From contig NC_134025.1 in the NCBI RefSeq assembly GCF_964204645.1, forward strand, positions 6,324,001 to 6,388,000: a DNA stretch of 64,000 nt. Reading direction: 5' to 3'. Origin of the DNA: Tubulanus polymorphus (Eukaryota > Animalia > Nemertea). The notes below the pieces were generated by a model, which had not been told where the DNA came from, made no database searches, and saw only the letters and a list, made by a program, of their open reading frames with translations. This document shows, one piece after another, positions 1 to 12,427 of this stretch. How positions within the stretch are numbered: position 1 is the stretch's first letter; each line of letters begins with the position of its first letter. Made by a program: the position numbers and the translations under genes.

Positions 1-1645
1 CTCGTAATGACAGCAGAAAAGAAAACACAAAAAAATCTCAGCAGAATAAAAATATTTTGATGCAGCTAGCGCCCCCTCTTTTCTGGTCCACAATTCAATA
101 TTTATGACGAAATAAAATCACGGATAAAGGTGTCTGATCACGGCCCCGGACGCAGCCGCGGCCCGGCCCAAATTTCAACGTGCAGTTAATTGTACCGGTA
201 TTTAAATCTAGTGATTGTGAGATTAGTCTTTAAAACGATTTGATTGTAAATGGACTGTGTCACTAAACCTAAAACCGTTAGTGAGGTTTTAGGTTAATGA
301 CATGCACCAGTGATGACCCCCTGGAAATAAAACATCTACGCCGGCATTGGCCGCTATTCATCAGAACCATTTTAACATTTCAATTGTCGCGAACTATTTT
401 CTGGTTTTGGATAATTTTCATGGGTATTAAAATGGTTTAGTGACTTACTTATACATATGATATGTTTTTTTTAATCTTAGAATAGGGATTGTCCCGTTAT
501 TTATTTATTTGGTTTGTAAATTCTGTTTGATTTTTCGATTGAGTGTCCCTTACAGACCCACCACACCTGCCGGGAGCGAAACAGGGAGTTTGATTTTGAA
601 ATCGGAAATCGAAGTACAGATATAGTTGTGTGATGGGCGGTCGAGTTAACAGAATATTTTTAAATCGAAGTACATAATTGGAAATTCGATTCCGGTTCTT
701 CCAAACAATCTTCCATTCAGTCTGAAATAAGATTTTTTACTGGTTTGATATCATTAATATTGCTTCTTATGGTTAAAAAAGATTTTAATGCAGGCTTAAA
801 CTGCAAATAACCCTTTTCAACCTCTATGAAAATAGGAAATACAACTTCAAGAGATACTTAGATATTTCAAAATCAATAAATATTACGATTTCTTTTACGC
901 GCGGTTAAGATATGCGGTCCTTGGTTTCACATAGTCACTGTTCTCAATTGTTGCATTCAAAACTTCCAAGAATCGCCAACAAATATCTGCATTTCATTTC
1001 CTTTAAAATGGTGTATAAATTAAGTTCATCGAGCAAGGGACTGCAGAACTATATGATATTCAATCTAAACTTATTTTTTTTAAATGAGCGCAAATTATTG
1101 CAACAATGGGACCTCGAGGGACCGCCACAAAATGGCGCCTAGAAACTGGAAACGTTCTTTATTAGTCTGTCCGCAGGTTGAAGTCCAATGACTTTGAGCG
1201 TTCAGCCGCTACAATGTGATCCGCTAAAAGTCAGCCAGAGGACAACATAACCTACCCATGGGTATATATTACTCAAATTTACCAAGAGTGATTAGATATA
1301 GTGTTGCGCCAATCCCTTCAGTCAATCTCTAGATCAGTTGAAGTTTATATTTGCCTGCGCCTCATCGCCAGAAATTAAAACTGATCTACGCGTCTTCGAA
1401 TAAAACTTTCCGACGGAAATGACATATTTTTGATTTTTTTTTAATTGTAATCCTAGTATTATTTCTGAGTGACACGCGCGGGCTGACTTTTAAAACCACT
1501 GATTATTAATCTCAATTTTCAAGTTTTCAACTTTTTCTTATGACGTCGTCGGCCGCACCCCGAAACTTTAGCTACCTCATTATGATAATATTTATTGATG
1601 ACTTCGCGATAAGTTGGCCACGCCACGCGCGGGATTTCACGTACG

Positions 1646-1655
1646 TATATAAAAG
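1646..1655 (+). promoter_or_regulatory. TATA box (TATATAAAAG) of the Methuselah-like GPCR gene
   Basis: Canonical TATAAAAG in a locally CpG-rich stretch ~60 nt upstream of the ATG at 1714. Confidence 0.5.
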
Positions 1656-1713
1656 CGACGCTCTCTTTCTGCCGCAGGTCCATTTTTCTGTTTTCGAACA
1701 CAGTCAAGACAAA

Positions 1714-4700
1714 ATGATCGCCATGTTTCGTAGCCGGAGGAAACGTTCACGGAATAAACCGAACACGTTGACCAGCTCAAATCGATTAAAATTTCTGCTG
1801 AATTTGGCCGTTTTATGTAAGTACACATATTTACGCAATTTCTTCGTAAATGAAAAAAATTGAAAAACAGAACAGGATCTGTGGAAAACTGCATGTATTA
1901 AGTCACTTTTCGGTAAATCTGAGTTATGTCCATGCAAGGTAAAGTTGTCGTATGTTTTGTGCATGGCTAGCAACAACATTGTTACTACTTCGTGTATTCA
2001 GCAGTGTACGTTAGGGTCCAGTTCCACAGTTCCGAGTTGAGATTTAACTCTGAGTTAAATCACTGAAAATGAACTGACTTTAACTCAGAGTTAACTCTAA
2101 CTCACAACTGTGGAACTGGGTCGTGTTGTTCAAAAGATGTGTAGAGCTAATCTGTGGATATATTCCATAGTGACAATTGAAATAGCATTGTTATTAAGGT
2201 CCACCAGATATAATTATAACCAACTTTTGATCCACCGGTACCGGCGCCATAATATGTTAACGTGAGCTACCATACAAAATACAAACTTTCATTCAATATT
2301 TCGTTAAATAGGGCGGCCACTAACCTGGAAATCAGTTCAGAAGTCAGGGAATCTTCTTTTCTTTAAAAAAATCAGGGAATGGTGGGGCTATTTTGTATAG
2401 AAAAAAGCTTAGAATAAGTCAAAAATCAGGAAAATATGTTGAGATCGCCAGATCGCGCGTAAAATCCAACAATTGCCGTCTATGTCTTACGTATTTGACT
2501 GTGTTAATTGATTGGATTTTTAGCAGATCAAGTCGGGGAAAACAGGATAAACGTACGATACTATATTTCGTCCACCTTCAATTACTAAGACATATCTTTA
2601 TTGCAACATCATTTTTGAAATGACTCCCGTGACTTTTCAGGTGTGGCCTGTATTCGGTACTGACGTAAATTTCAGGTTTGGTTGCATGGAAATTTTGAAA
2701 TGAATATGACATTTGAATATCAAATTTCACGGTTCTTAAAAAAATGTCTGAATAGGTCTGCACCTTGGGACTCATCTGCTATCAATGAATGTTTAAGGCC
2801 CATATATGCAATGTTTTGTAAGGCAATCTGATTGAAATATCTAAATCGAGGTATTCACGGAAAATTAGTTTCGAGCACCGGTCGGTTATTAGACATTTTA
2901 TTTCCAAAAACGAACACCAGGCATTTGATCTGCAAACTTAAGAAAAGCGATCATCACGAGACATCTTTGTTCAGAGCCTCATCTAATGAACTACAACACC
3001 AAACATTAGATATCGTTATCAGCAACCTTCGTCTTGGGTGAAGCACTGTGTGGACGGTCAGTTTTTGAACGTGTACTGAAAAAATATCTGGTGTTTGTTG
3101 TTCATTTTTCAATTGAAAATATCTGAGGTGAAAGCAAACCATATACAACGAGAATCCCCAATATACCATTTGACATTGGAATGAATATGGATGGCAAATG
3201 CGAGAAATATAGAAATAATCATTCCCATTTTCTTCAGGTCGAGGCATTCTCGAGGGAAGCGCTGATGGAGTCGTTACACCGATCGGCGCCTTTCGGCGAC
3301 AGCGTAGCGAACTGTACGAGCGTCCGACGATCGAACTCGACCGAGACGGAATCGGCGTCGCCGTGTGTCACGGCAGATTCACCGCGTGCAACAAGGACAG
3401 TTGCGCGTGCACCATTTTGGGTAATTGCTGCGACCACAGATTCGTTACGTGCGCAAAGAATGACAGCGCAACCGCTCGTAGGCGGGCTCTCTTAGAAAAA
3501 CAGCTCGCCAGTGTCGGGTGTATCGAGGTGCCGACGAACGACGGCTTTTCGGAACGATTTTTCGCGATCGACCGATGTCCCGACGGTTACGACGACGATT
3601 CGCACATTCGACGAAGTTGCGAGTCCCGACCGCAGGCGGCAAGCGTCCTCTCGGAGATGCCCGTCTACAGAACGGATTGGTTGCCATTTAAGAATATGTA
3701 TTGTGCCATGTGCCACGGTTTCAACGTCACCGAGTTCTGGCCCTCCACAGTGAAACTACGGTGTTCTCACAGTAATTCGACGATGACCGAGATCGACGAG
3801 GTCGTCGCCGGTATGCGCAGGACAGAGGCCGACCCGCAGAAGCGTCTGCCGCAGCATTGTCAGTTTACGTACATTCCGCACCCGTCGCATCAGCTACGAT
3901 TGCAGTCGTGCTCGAAGAAGTTACCATTCGAGGAGAGCGCCTGTCCTCGGACAGCGGCATATTCGATCGTAAGAACTCGGTGTAAGCAGATATACGACCC
4001 GATATCTGCCGTTATCGACGGCCAGCTCAGCCATTTCCGTAACTCGTACTGTTTGAGATGTCAGCTTCCCGATTTGGTGGAGAACGCGTTCATCTGTATA
4101 GCCGAACCGTACGCAAGGAAAACGTACGGCTTGAATATTCTGCTCGATTTCAGCCTGCTGAACGGCGTGACGTTTCGCGCAACCGGCGCATCGCGTATTT
4201 CGCTGTTCCCGGTCGAGTTGGCGTGTACGAAAAACGGTAAACTGTTCGATAAGGATACGTATACGTGTCTAGAAGAGGGATGCTTGCAGGGGTATAGCAG
4301 AGTCGATGGCTGTGACCTATGCAGGCTCGATTTCGACGAATGGCCGAAAATCAACGCGCGCATCAAATTCAAACTATTCATCGAATTCACCGAAATTCAA
4401 AAGCAAGCTATGATTCTTTATCAATATGATTTGGGTTATTGGTATCGAGACGAATGCGATTTCAGTTTGGAAGGACTAGGAATCGTCAAACTAGGCGGGA
4501 TAGAGACAGTTTCCGAGAACGCCTACAGAATACGCTTCGAATTCGTGGCGGTGGTCGATGATGAAATGCGCGACGCGGCCGATAGGTCCCTGGCGGCGAT
4601 CGAGCTCGTCATCGCCCGCTACAAATCCAAGATCGACTGCCTCTTCGGAACGGACGGTAGCGTCGTCACCGTTTCCGAATACGATTTTAACATGACAAGT

Positions 4701-5843
4701 TCGACCGAGAATACCGCTTGCGTCGACGAGAATGAAGGTGGTGGTGTCACTGAATCTCCTGCCGACTCCCCGACACAAGCCTCGAAAGATGTTGGTGATG
4801 ATGATGGTGGTGATGATGTTGGTGATGATTCTAACGTCGACCGAAGATTCGCATCTTACCGCATATTTCAAATCACTTCAGTCGGTGAAAATAAAACCGT
4901 AAAAACTAGCAGGTGTTCGACTAGAAAGACCGATTGCGTTCGAACCCATTCCCCGGGACGCGGTGTCGTCTGCCGCCCGGCGTCCAAACGTCTGCTTTCG
5001 ATCGGCGCACTATTCGGCGATCGCGATTTTGTGATAACGTTCGCCTGGAGTTGCCTGTCTATCGTCGGTCTAGTCACTACGATTGTCGTCTATTTCACGT
5101 TCCCTTCGCTTCTCACGTTCCCCGGCAAACTGATCATCAACTTTTGCTTCGGTCTTGCGACGGCGCAAGCTCTGCATGTGTCGACGTTCGCCTTGAGCGA
5201 CGACAGGTCATTGTGCGTGGCTATGGCCGTCTTGAAGCACTACGTCTGGTTGGTGGTATTCTCCTCGATGACGGCCATATCTCTGCGCATGGCGCTTGCT
5301 TTTTCGACCGTTCGTAGATTGACCGACTCGACGAAGGTTCTCATTTTCTATCTCTTGTCGACGTGGTTTCTCCCTATTCTGATCGTAGGGCCTTGTGTCC
5401 TGCTCGATTCGACGCGAGTCACCCGCTTCTTTCGTGCCGTCTACGGCAGCCCGCAAACCTGTTGGTTTAAACGCAACGACTTTCTCATGTTCGCCTTCGT
5501 ACTGCCGGCCGGTGTTCTCGATTTGGTCGGTTTCGTGTCGTTTCTGGTTACGGTATATCGTATCCGACGCTCGATGATCACATCGTCCGATACGGTGAAG
5601 TCAAACTGCCAAAGAACGACGGCGGTTATATTCTATCGAATGGCGTTGGTGACCGGAGTGACTTGGATTGTCGGCTTCGTGGCGTCGTTCGTCGACAACA
5701 GCTTTCTCTGGTACGCGTTCAACGTACTCAATTCCTCGCAAGGGTTTCTCGTCTTTTTGGCTTTCGTCGTCAACGAGAGAATGTATGCTTTGTTCAAGTA
5801 TAAGTTCAAAATCGGCAATTGTCGTTCGTGCTTTTGCAAGTAG
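1714..5843 (+). CDS. Secretin-class (Methuselah-like / adhesion-related) 7TM GPCR with somatomedin-B-like Cys-rich ectodomain; exons 1714-1816 and 3238-5843, ~902 aa
   Basis: 826-aa ORF 3363-5843 stays open upstream to the acceptor ttcttcag|3238. Exon 1 (MIAMFRSRR...RLKFLLNLAVL-t|gtaagt at 1817) joins in phase 1 to give ...LAVLCRGILEGSADG, a plausible signal peptide. N-terminus has C..C.C....GNCCD (SMB-like) and FKNMYCAMCH/FRNSYCLRC motifs. C-terminus has 7 hydrophobic helices with class-B-type motifs (CLSIVGL..TIVVY, PGKLIIN, C..MA..KHY.WL, CW, G.TWI.GF, LNSSQGF.VF). No GPS motif is seen before TM1. Confidence 0.85.
2013..2121. mobile_element. Short MITE with terminal inverted repeats (GGTCCAGTTCCACAGTT...AACTGTGGAACTGGGTC)
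   Basis: Terminal and internal inverted repeats (taactctgagttaa / ttaactcagagttaa). Related copies or fragments lie at ~9886, 10261-10333, 10337-10397 and 53678-53765. Confidence 0.7.
2900..3135. repeat. Degenerate dispersed/satellite-like repeat (core ttgaaaatgaactacaaacaccagacat), one unit inverted
   Basis: The same core recurs at 5950-6360, 7195-7400 and 7725-8050; 3060-3130 carries it in reverse complement. Confidence 0.65.
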
Positions 5844-5949
5844 TGTATAGTTCCGAGATTCGCCTGGGTCTTTATCGTTCGACAATCAATCCGTCTCTCA
5901 GATATTAGACAAATTTTTCATTTCTCTATCGATTTTGGATTTTCAAGCT

Positions 5950-6360
5950 TCATCTGAGGTATTCTGAATGGATGAGAACACCAGGTATTTTATCTGCACA
6001 CTTTAGAGAGAAGTAATCACCCACACTTCACATGTCGTGTTTATCGTGAGACACTTTTGATTGCAAGATGCACCACAAGCATCAGACATTAAACATTTTA
6101 CCAGCACACTTTCGTCCACAATTCACATGCGTTCAGTACTTCATCTGAGACTCATTAAACTGAAAATGAACTACAAACACCAGACATAAGACATTTCATC
6201 AGCACACTTTCAAAAAGGTGATAGTCCAAACTTCACATGTGTTCATCTGAGACTGTTTCAATTGAAAATGAACTACAAACACAGATTCAAAATTCTTTTC
6301 GGGCTCTCACAAAATAGATTTTGAACACCAGGCATTTGACATTCTATCGTCAAGCCTTCA
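5950..6360 (+). repeat. Degenerate tandem copies of the aaaatgaactacaaacaccagac repeat family, in the GPCR 3' UTR
   Basis: Several imperfect ~100-bp units (catctgagac...gaaaatgaactacaaacac). Confidence 0.65.
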
Positions 6361-7194
6361 CATGACGTGCAGAATTTTCACTAATGCATCTATGAAGGTG
6401 GTTCCAATCTCAAATGGTTTTTTATCAGACATTTTCGGTATTTGCTTGTTTAATACGCTAACGAGGGACCTAAAAAGGCTTACTGTAACTTAATATCTGG
6501 AAAATAAATGTAATATAAATTTTTTTCATTTTCAACGCAGGCTGGTGCTCATTCGACGGTTCACCAGTCATCAATTGCATGGATGTTTAACTTATTGTCG
6601 TAGCCTGCTTAATTTTCGACTTAAAAACCTTGAGCTTAACTCGTAAAAAAAACTTTGCGAACATGTTCTAACTAGAATGGCTGTTGATAAGGGCGGTAAC
6701 TACATGTACTATAAACTAGCTAGAGATCTTAAGAGCTATACAAAAATCCTACAACCGTGATTCAAGTTTATGAGCAGCCAAAGTTTATTAGTAGTTACGG
6801 TTTAGAAGAATAAGGAAGGCTGTAAAGGCGTTTACTCCTCATTTCTAGAGTTGGTGGAATGCGAGAAAATATCGCTCAGTGGTTGTGTATTTCTAAGAGC
6901 AGTTTATGAAATGTACTAAGGTAAGATGAGTAGGATGAAAAAAAAAATGAATCCATTAAAATCCGTAACAAAAACCCTGTATAAAAACCCGTAATACATT
7001 CATCACTACGCGGGGAATGGATAGCCTTATACTGTGGGTTAATCCAGGAAAGTGTAATGATTACACTTCGCTGGTTAATCTAAAGGTGTTCAGAAGCAGT
7101 TTTCATGAAATAAAGGTATTAAACCGTTCTGCAAATAAGCGTTTCTTGTTTGTTGTTGCACGACTTTTCACAACAATATTTTTAAGTGTTTGGA

Positions 7195-8050
7195 TCGAAA
7201 AAAAGTCGCTGATTGTCTACAATTCATGTCGCTATGGGACTTCACCCGAGATATTTTCAATTGAAAATGAACGACAAACACCGGACACTAGACATTTTAA
7301 CAGCGGGCTATAAAAAATTAATTGTCTCAACAAACATTTCTAGGACTCCAACTGATACATTTTCAATTAAGATTAACAAAAATACCGGACGTAAGATATT
7401 TCTTCCAGTAAAATTTGAAAAAAAAATCACCCAGACATAGTAATCATATTGAATATCATGGCTGCGAGGATTGAGGATTGCCATAATTGAAACCTGATCT
7501 GTAGTGTCGGAAACATCGAATACGTCATTTTTCAATTTTTCAGGGCGACGAATTATTATCATGTTACGGATGATTCAGAAAAATGAAATAAAAACAGTGA
7601 TCTTTTTCGAGAGTACATTAAGATAATCAGATTGAAAGGTGTCGGTGAACGACGCGGGTTGTTTTTTCTTCTCCATAAAACTTAGAAATTTCTATATATA
7701 TATATTTATCATATAAATCACACGTCGAACACCAGACATAAGATATTTAATCAGCACGTTTTCAAAAACTGATCGTCGACACCTCACATATGTTCAGTAC
7801 TTCCCCTGAAACATTTTTGATTAAAAATAAACTACAAACACCAGACAGTGGACATCTTAACAGTACACATTCAAAAGATTGTCATTCGGGATTTCTTCCG
7901 AAACATTTTCAATTGAAAATGAACTACAAACATAAATTATTGAACATTTTATCAGCAAACTTCAAAAAATTATCGTCCATTCTTCACGTGTGTTCAGAAC
8001 GTACTACACCAGATATATTTTCAAACTACAAAACATCAAATATTTAATCA
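7195..8050 (+). repeat. Further arrays of the same aaaatgaactacaaacaccagac repeat family (7195-7400, 7725-8050)
   Basis: Recurrent ttttcaattgaaaatgaac..caaacaccagaca units. Confidence 0.6.
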
Positions 8051-10260
8051 GTAGCATATTCATCGAACTAAACAATATAAAATCGTCGAAAGTATGATAA
8101 TATTCTAGATTTATGCAAGAACAACAATGCGATGACGAATCTACAAAGATTTACCGCTGTGACTAGGCAAGTATGACTTCAAATTTGAAGTCTGAAAGAT
8201 TTTCCAGCGGATTTTCCATGAACTAACGCGCGTCTTCGATTTTAGTAGTTTACGCAAATTCCACCGGGGCTTTCGAGCTTTGGTGAAAGAACCCTTTTTC
8301 AATTTCTTTTATGTCGGGCCATTTTTTCTTAAAATTTTCGACCCTTAAGTAGAAAAGGCACATATAGTCGTCCCTGTCAATCACAAACGTAGAAAAGGGC
8401 ACATTTTTTACAGGACGAAGCAGTAATTTCAAAGAAATTCAGTCGTCCATCAATACCAAAAAAAAACAAGAAAGGGCACTTTTAGTCGATCTTTTCAATC
8501 CTAAAAGTAGGAAAGTGCATATTTTTACAAGACGAGACAGATATTTTTCAACAAAAAGGTTCACCATTCTTCAGGATTTCATCTTTATTGCCTTGAAAGT
8601 ACATCTTAATGCAGTAAATCTCCTAGAAAGAACAATTTGCATCAGGGCTTCATTTATGCTTGGAAATATTACCAAAAAGCAGTAAATTTTCAAAAAATTC
8701 TAAGGGAGGACCCCAGATTCCCCTCGTTTTTCGCGGATAATGCCATTTTTTACAAGTGGTCCTTTAATCCGTCCTTGTTTAATGCTCATGAATGCAGGAT
8801 ATCGATCTAAAAACAGGTGAAATATCAAAAAAATTTCTCACCCCCTGCGCGATAGCGGTCACCGCCACTACCATTGTGGGTGCTTTTTGGTGACATTGCC
8901 CTTTTTGCCCCAAGTAGAACACCCTCCTGAACAAATCCTGTGTATGGGCCTGGACATTGTATTAGCAAAGTCTAGTTTTCGGCTGGATTCAGTGCCAATA
9001 ATCTGGATTATTGAGTTAATTCACTTTGACGCTTTCCAGAGTTCTGGCCAGGTATATCTGTGATTTTATTTACACTCCCAACCTGGCATACGGAGGAAAT
9101 ACATATTACATATATATAACACCAAGATTTACAACACAACACTTAAGTGATAACAATATAAAGAATAGAAACGTAACGTTTATATTGCCTGTATATCGGA
9201 TTATTTATAGCAGACATGGTTTCTTGAAGACTAGGTACTGGTCACGAATATCTTCGTCTTGAAAAAGATTTAGTGTTTGTCATTAAATTGCTGCGTTCAA
9301 GTCACAATCACCAAAGGTTTTCTTTATATATGATAGCCAAGGGCTCTTAAACTTATCCCCTAAAAATTTCTGACCAGTCTTGTAAGAATGTGCCCTTTTC
9401 TACTGTCGTGAGGACGACTACCGTGCCCTTTTTTATTTTGGGGATGAAATTTTTGAGAAAAAATTTGCCAACATTTTCAGACGTTAAGAATTTGAAATTG
9501 GGCATTTTCACCAATGTACGGGAGTGATACCGGGCCCCTGGTGAGAATTTGGGGCAGGCTGTAATCGGTGCACCCTCGCACGGTGGGGTAAATCAAACCC
9601 TGGCATTCCGTGGTAAGACTCATTAACCTCACAGACAAAGCTCTTGTTTTCTTTTGTGGAGCCATGCCCAGGGTAAGAATAAATGGAACCCTGATCGCTT
9701 ACCGGGTTCCAGTTTCAAATATTGGGTAAATCCCACAATCGACGAAAAAATATAGTCCGAAAATGTTTCCTTGAGCTAGTTCAATTAGTCGACTCATTCT
9801 TCTGGATTGTATATACTTTTTACAATTTCTGTATACCCTCAAGGAAACATTTTCGGACTTTGAGGATTGTGTGCCAAACGAACCAGGGGCACAGTTCCAC
9901 AAAAATCCTAAATGGATTTCATTAATTAATCAATTAACTGAATTTGTCCTGGTTAGTCTAAAAATTCATCATTTTCAAAAATGCGAAGACCCACGCAATT
10001 CTTTCACATTCAATTTGTTTGTGCCTTTTTAAATGATTTTGGGCATAATTTGCGGGCAAGTGGCTTTCATGGAAGGCAATTATTTTTTATGGCTTATAGA
10101 TTATGCACCCTTTTATCTCAGTATCCCACCCAGAAACCAAAATTATTTGTAGTCGCAGTCTGGACCGCGCCTGAACTGGGTAGGTTTTGGTCTATGATGC
10201 GGGAGTTTCCAAGTTTAGAAGCCAACAGTTTCATACGCATACACTGAGTTCATCCTATGC

Positions 10261-10397
10261 AGGGTCCAGTTTCACAATAAACTCCTAGATTGATTTAGGA
10301 TTAAGTTTAAACTATATTCGTGAAACCGGGTCCACAGGATCCGTTTAAGACTCAATAAGATAAGTTTTTGATTAAATGACTTTTATGAAACTGAACC
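10261..10397. mobile_element. Two adjacent short MITE-like elements (agggtccagtttcac...gtgaaaccgggtcc; aggatccgttt...atgaaactgaacct)
   Basis: Terminal inverted repeats resemble the 2013-2121 element. Confidence 0.5.
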
Positions 10398-10769
10398 TAT
10401 GCGATGTAGGTTTATCGCCTACGTAAGGTTTATCATGTACGTGACGCAGAGTCTATGAAACTGCTGGCGTCTGTGATCACAAACGGAACAACAGAGAAAA
10501 TATATATTTATTTCAAATAACACGATACAGCAGTTCATACAAAATAAAGTCCCATGATAAAAGAAAACGTGTCATTGCATGTGGGACTATAAGCCCGTTT
10601 ACAATACATTATTATACAAGTTTATACATACATGCCCAGAAAACTGGGTTCTGAGGTAGAAACAATTACAAACTAATGCAATTACATGGAGTGTGTAAAA
10701 TATCTCATGCCCTTGATCTAACTCAGAATGCCCATCATTTATCTTCAATTTCAATTTTCAGTAAAAATC

Positions 10770-11045
10770 AAAATAAGATTAAAACTACAAATTTAAAAGA
10801 ATTAAGACACAACGTTTTGGAGTCTCTCTAGAGACCATTGTCAGATATGAAGAAATAACTAAAACACAGGGAATAGGAAGAAAAAGTTAATTAAAAAAGG
10901 AGAGAGGTGTTAAGTGCTTAGGTTGAGAGGTTTTGTGATTTTGTGCATAGGTTGTTCTAGTTATTTCTTCATTTACCGGTACCTAAGTTTATCTTGATTG
11001 TGATTCTTGATAGATAAATTACGTGTCTAATCTTTTAAATTTGTA
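10770..11045. mobile_element. Small element with inverted ends, possibly a Penelope-like terminal-repeat fragment
   Basis: tacaaatttaaaagaattaagacac (10787) versus gtgtctaatcttttaaatttgta (ending 11045) are inverted. The internal aacgttttggagtctctctagagaccattgtcag resembles Penelope-type terminal motifs (from memory). Confidence 0.35.
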
Positions 11046-11976
11046 TCTAGCAGGTTCAAATCATCTATTATCTACACCTGACTTAGTGAACAGGCAATTC
11101 TACAGCAAAAATGACATCACAGCATTGTGAGATGAATCAGGGGATGACTCCATTGTTTTTATGGATACATGATTCGCAGTCATTGAAACCATCAGAAACA
11201 GAACAACAGTAGGTCTGTACTGGCCGGCACAATATAAAAATTTTCATTTGGCTATAAACTTTAAAATTGCAGATGTCTGAAGTAAGTGGCAGTATATCAA
11301 TCTCAGGTAGATGGCGTATTGGTCTGTGTCCCTGTCAAATGGCATATTGGTCCCCACTTCATCCTTGAATAAACTCGTGTCTGCAAATATGACATCGAAA
11401 ATGTTGGATTAGATTTAAACAGTCAAGTGGGAATTTCATGAAATACTTTAGAAACAAGAGTTTTATAGTTACCATATAGAACTCCAAATAATTAAACACC
11501 AATTCCTTTGATCAACTTTAAACTGTTCTATTGGACAAATTTCAAGCTGCAAAAAAAATCATACTATGAGAACAATTAGCATCGTATTTATAATACAAAA
11601 TTCTAGCAGTCAGAAATTGGGGGTAGATACTATTAGAAAACCAACCATTTTGAAACTTGTGTTTATCTGATTAGTTCAAGCTCAAGTTTCTGAGGCTGGA
11701 TTTCACCAAGGCAGTCTTGTAAGTGTTGTACCATTTCGACAATTTCCATTTCTAGCAGGATTTCACTTCCAAGAGCCATAATATCATTAAATAGCAACTT
11801 CAGCAACAACGAGCTTCTTCAAAAGATGAATATTCTCAATTTATCCAGCTGCAATTTGTGTCTGGTGCACTGCATTCTGGAAAGAGAAAAATTATGCCAG
11901 AAAATAATTGGCGAAATAAATAGAAACTGCGGCATGTGTGTTCGATTAACAGAAAACCCACCAGCCTTTTGAGTAG

Positions 11977-12427
11977 GGGAGCGTTCATAAAGTACGTACC
12001 TCCATTGGGGGAGGGGGGTTACTGAATTTTGGTACAAAGTGGTACATGGGGGAGGGGGAGGGGGGTCAGCAAAAAAGGTACGTACTTTGAGGGAGGGGGG
12101 TATTAATCAATCTTGGTACGTACTTTATGTACCAAACTCAAATGAAAATAGCTGTTGGTGTTTTATCGGCTTTTAGTACCGGGTATATAAAATCAATAAA
12201 CAACAATACTTGCTTAATTCTTTTGTTACATCATTAATGAAATCAGGTATTTATATTTTTTTTGATTTGTGTTCTTTGCATCAATATAATTGGGGGTGGG
12301 GGTGGGGAGGGGTGGTCATGGGTGCGATGGTACGGGGGGTCAGTGAATTTGGTACAAAGGTGGTACAAGGGGGGAGGGGGGTCAGAAAAACGGGAGATTT
12401 CGAGGTACGTAATTTGTGAACGCTCCC
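11977..12427. mobile_element. PIF/Harbinger (Tourist)-type MITE, ~450 bp
   Basis: TIRs gggagcgttcataaagtacgtacctc / gaggtacgtaatttgtgaacgctccc; 3-bp TSD TAG at 11974-11976 and 12428-12430; G-rich internal repeats. Confidence 0.8.

Noticed and set aside
1540-1713. Upstream part of the ORF 1540-1863 as coding sequence
   Set aside because: It spans the TATA-like box; only 1714-1816 fits as the receptor's first coding exon.
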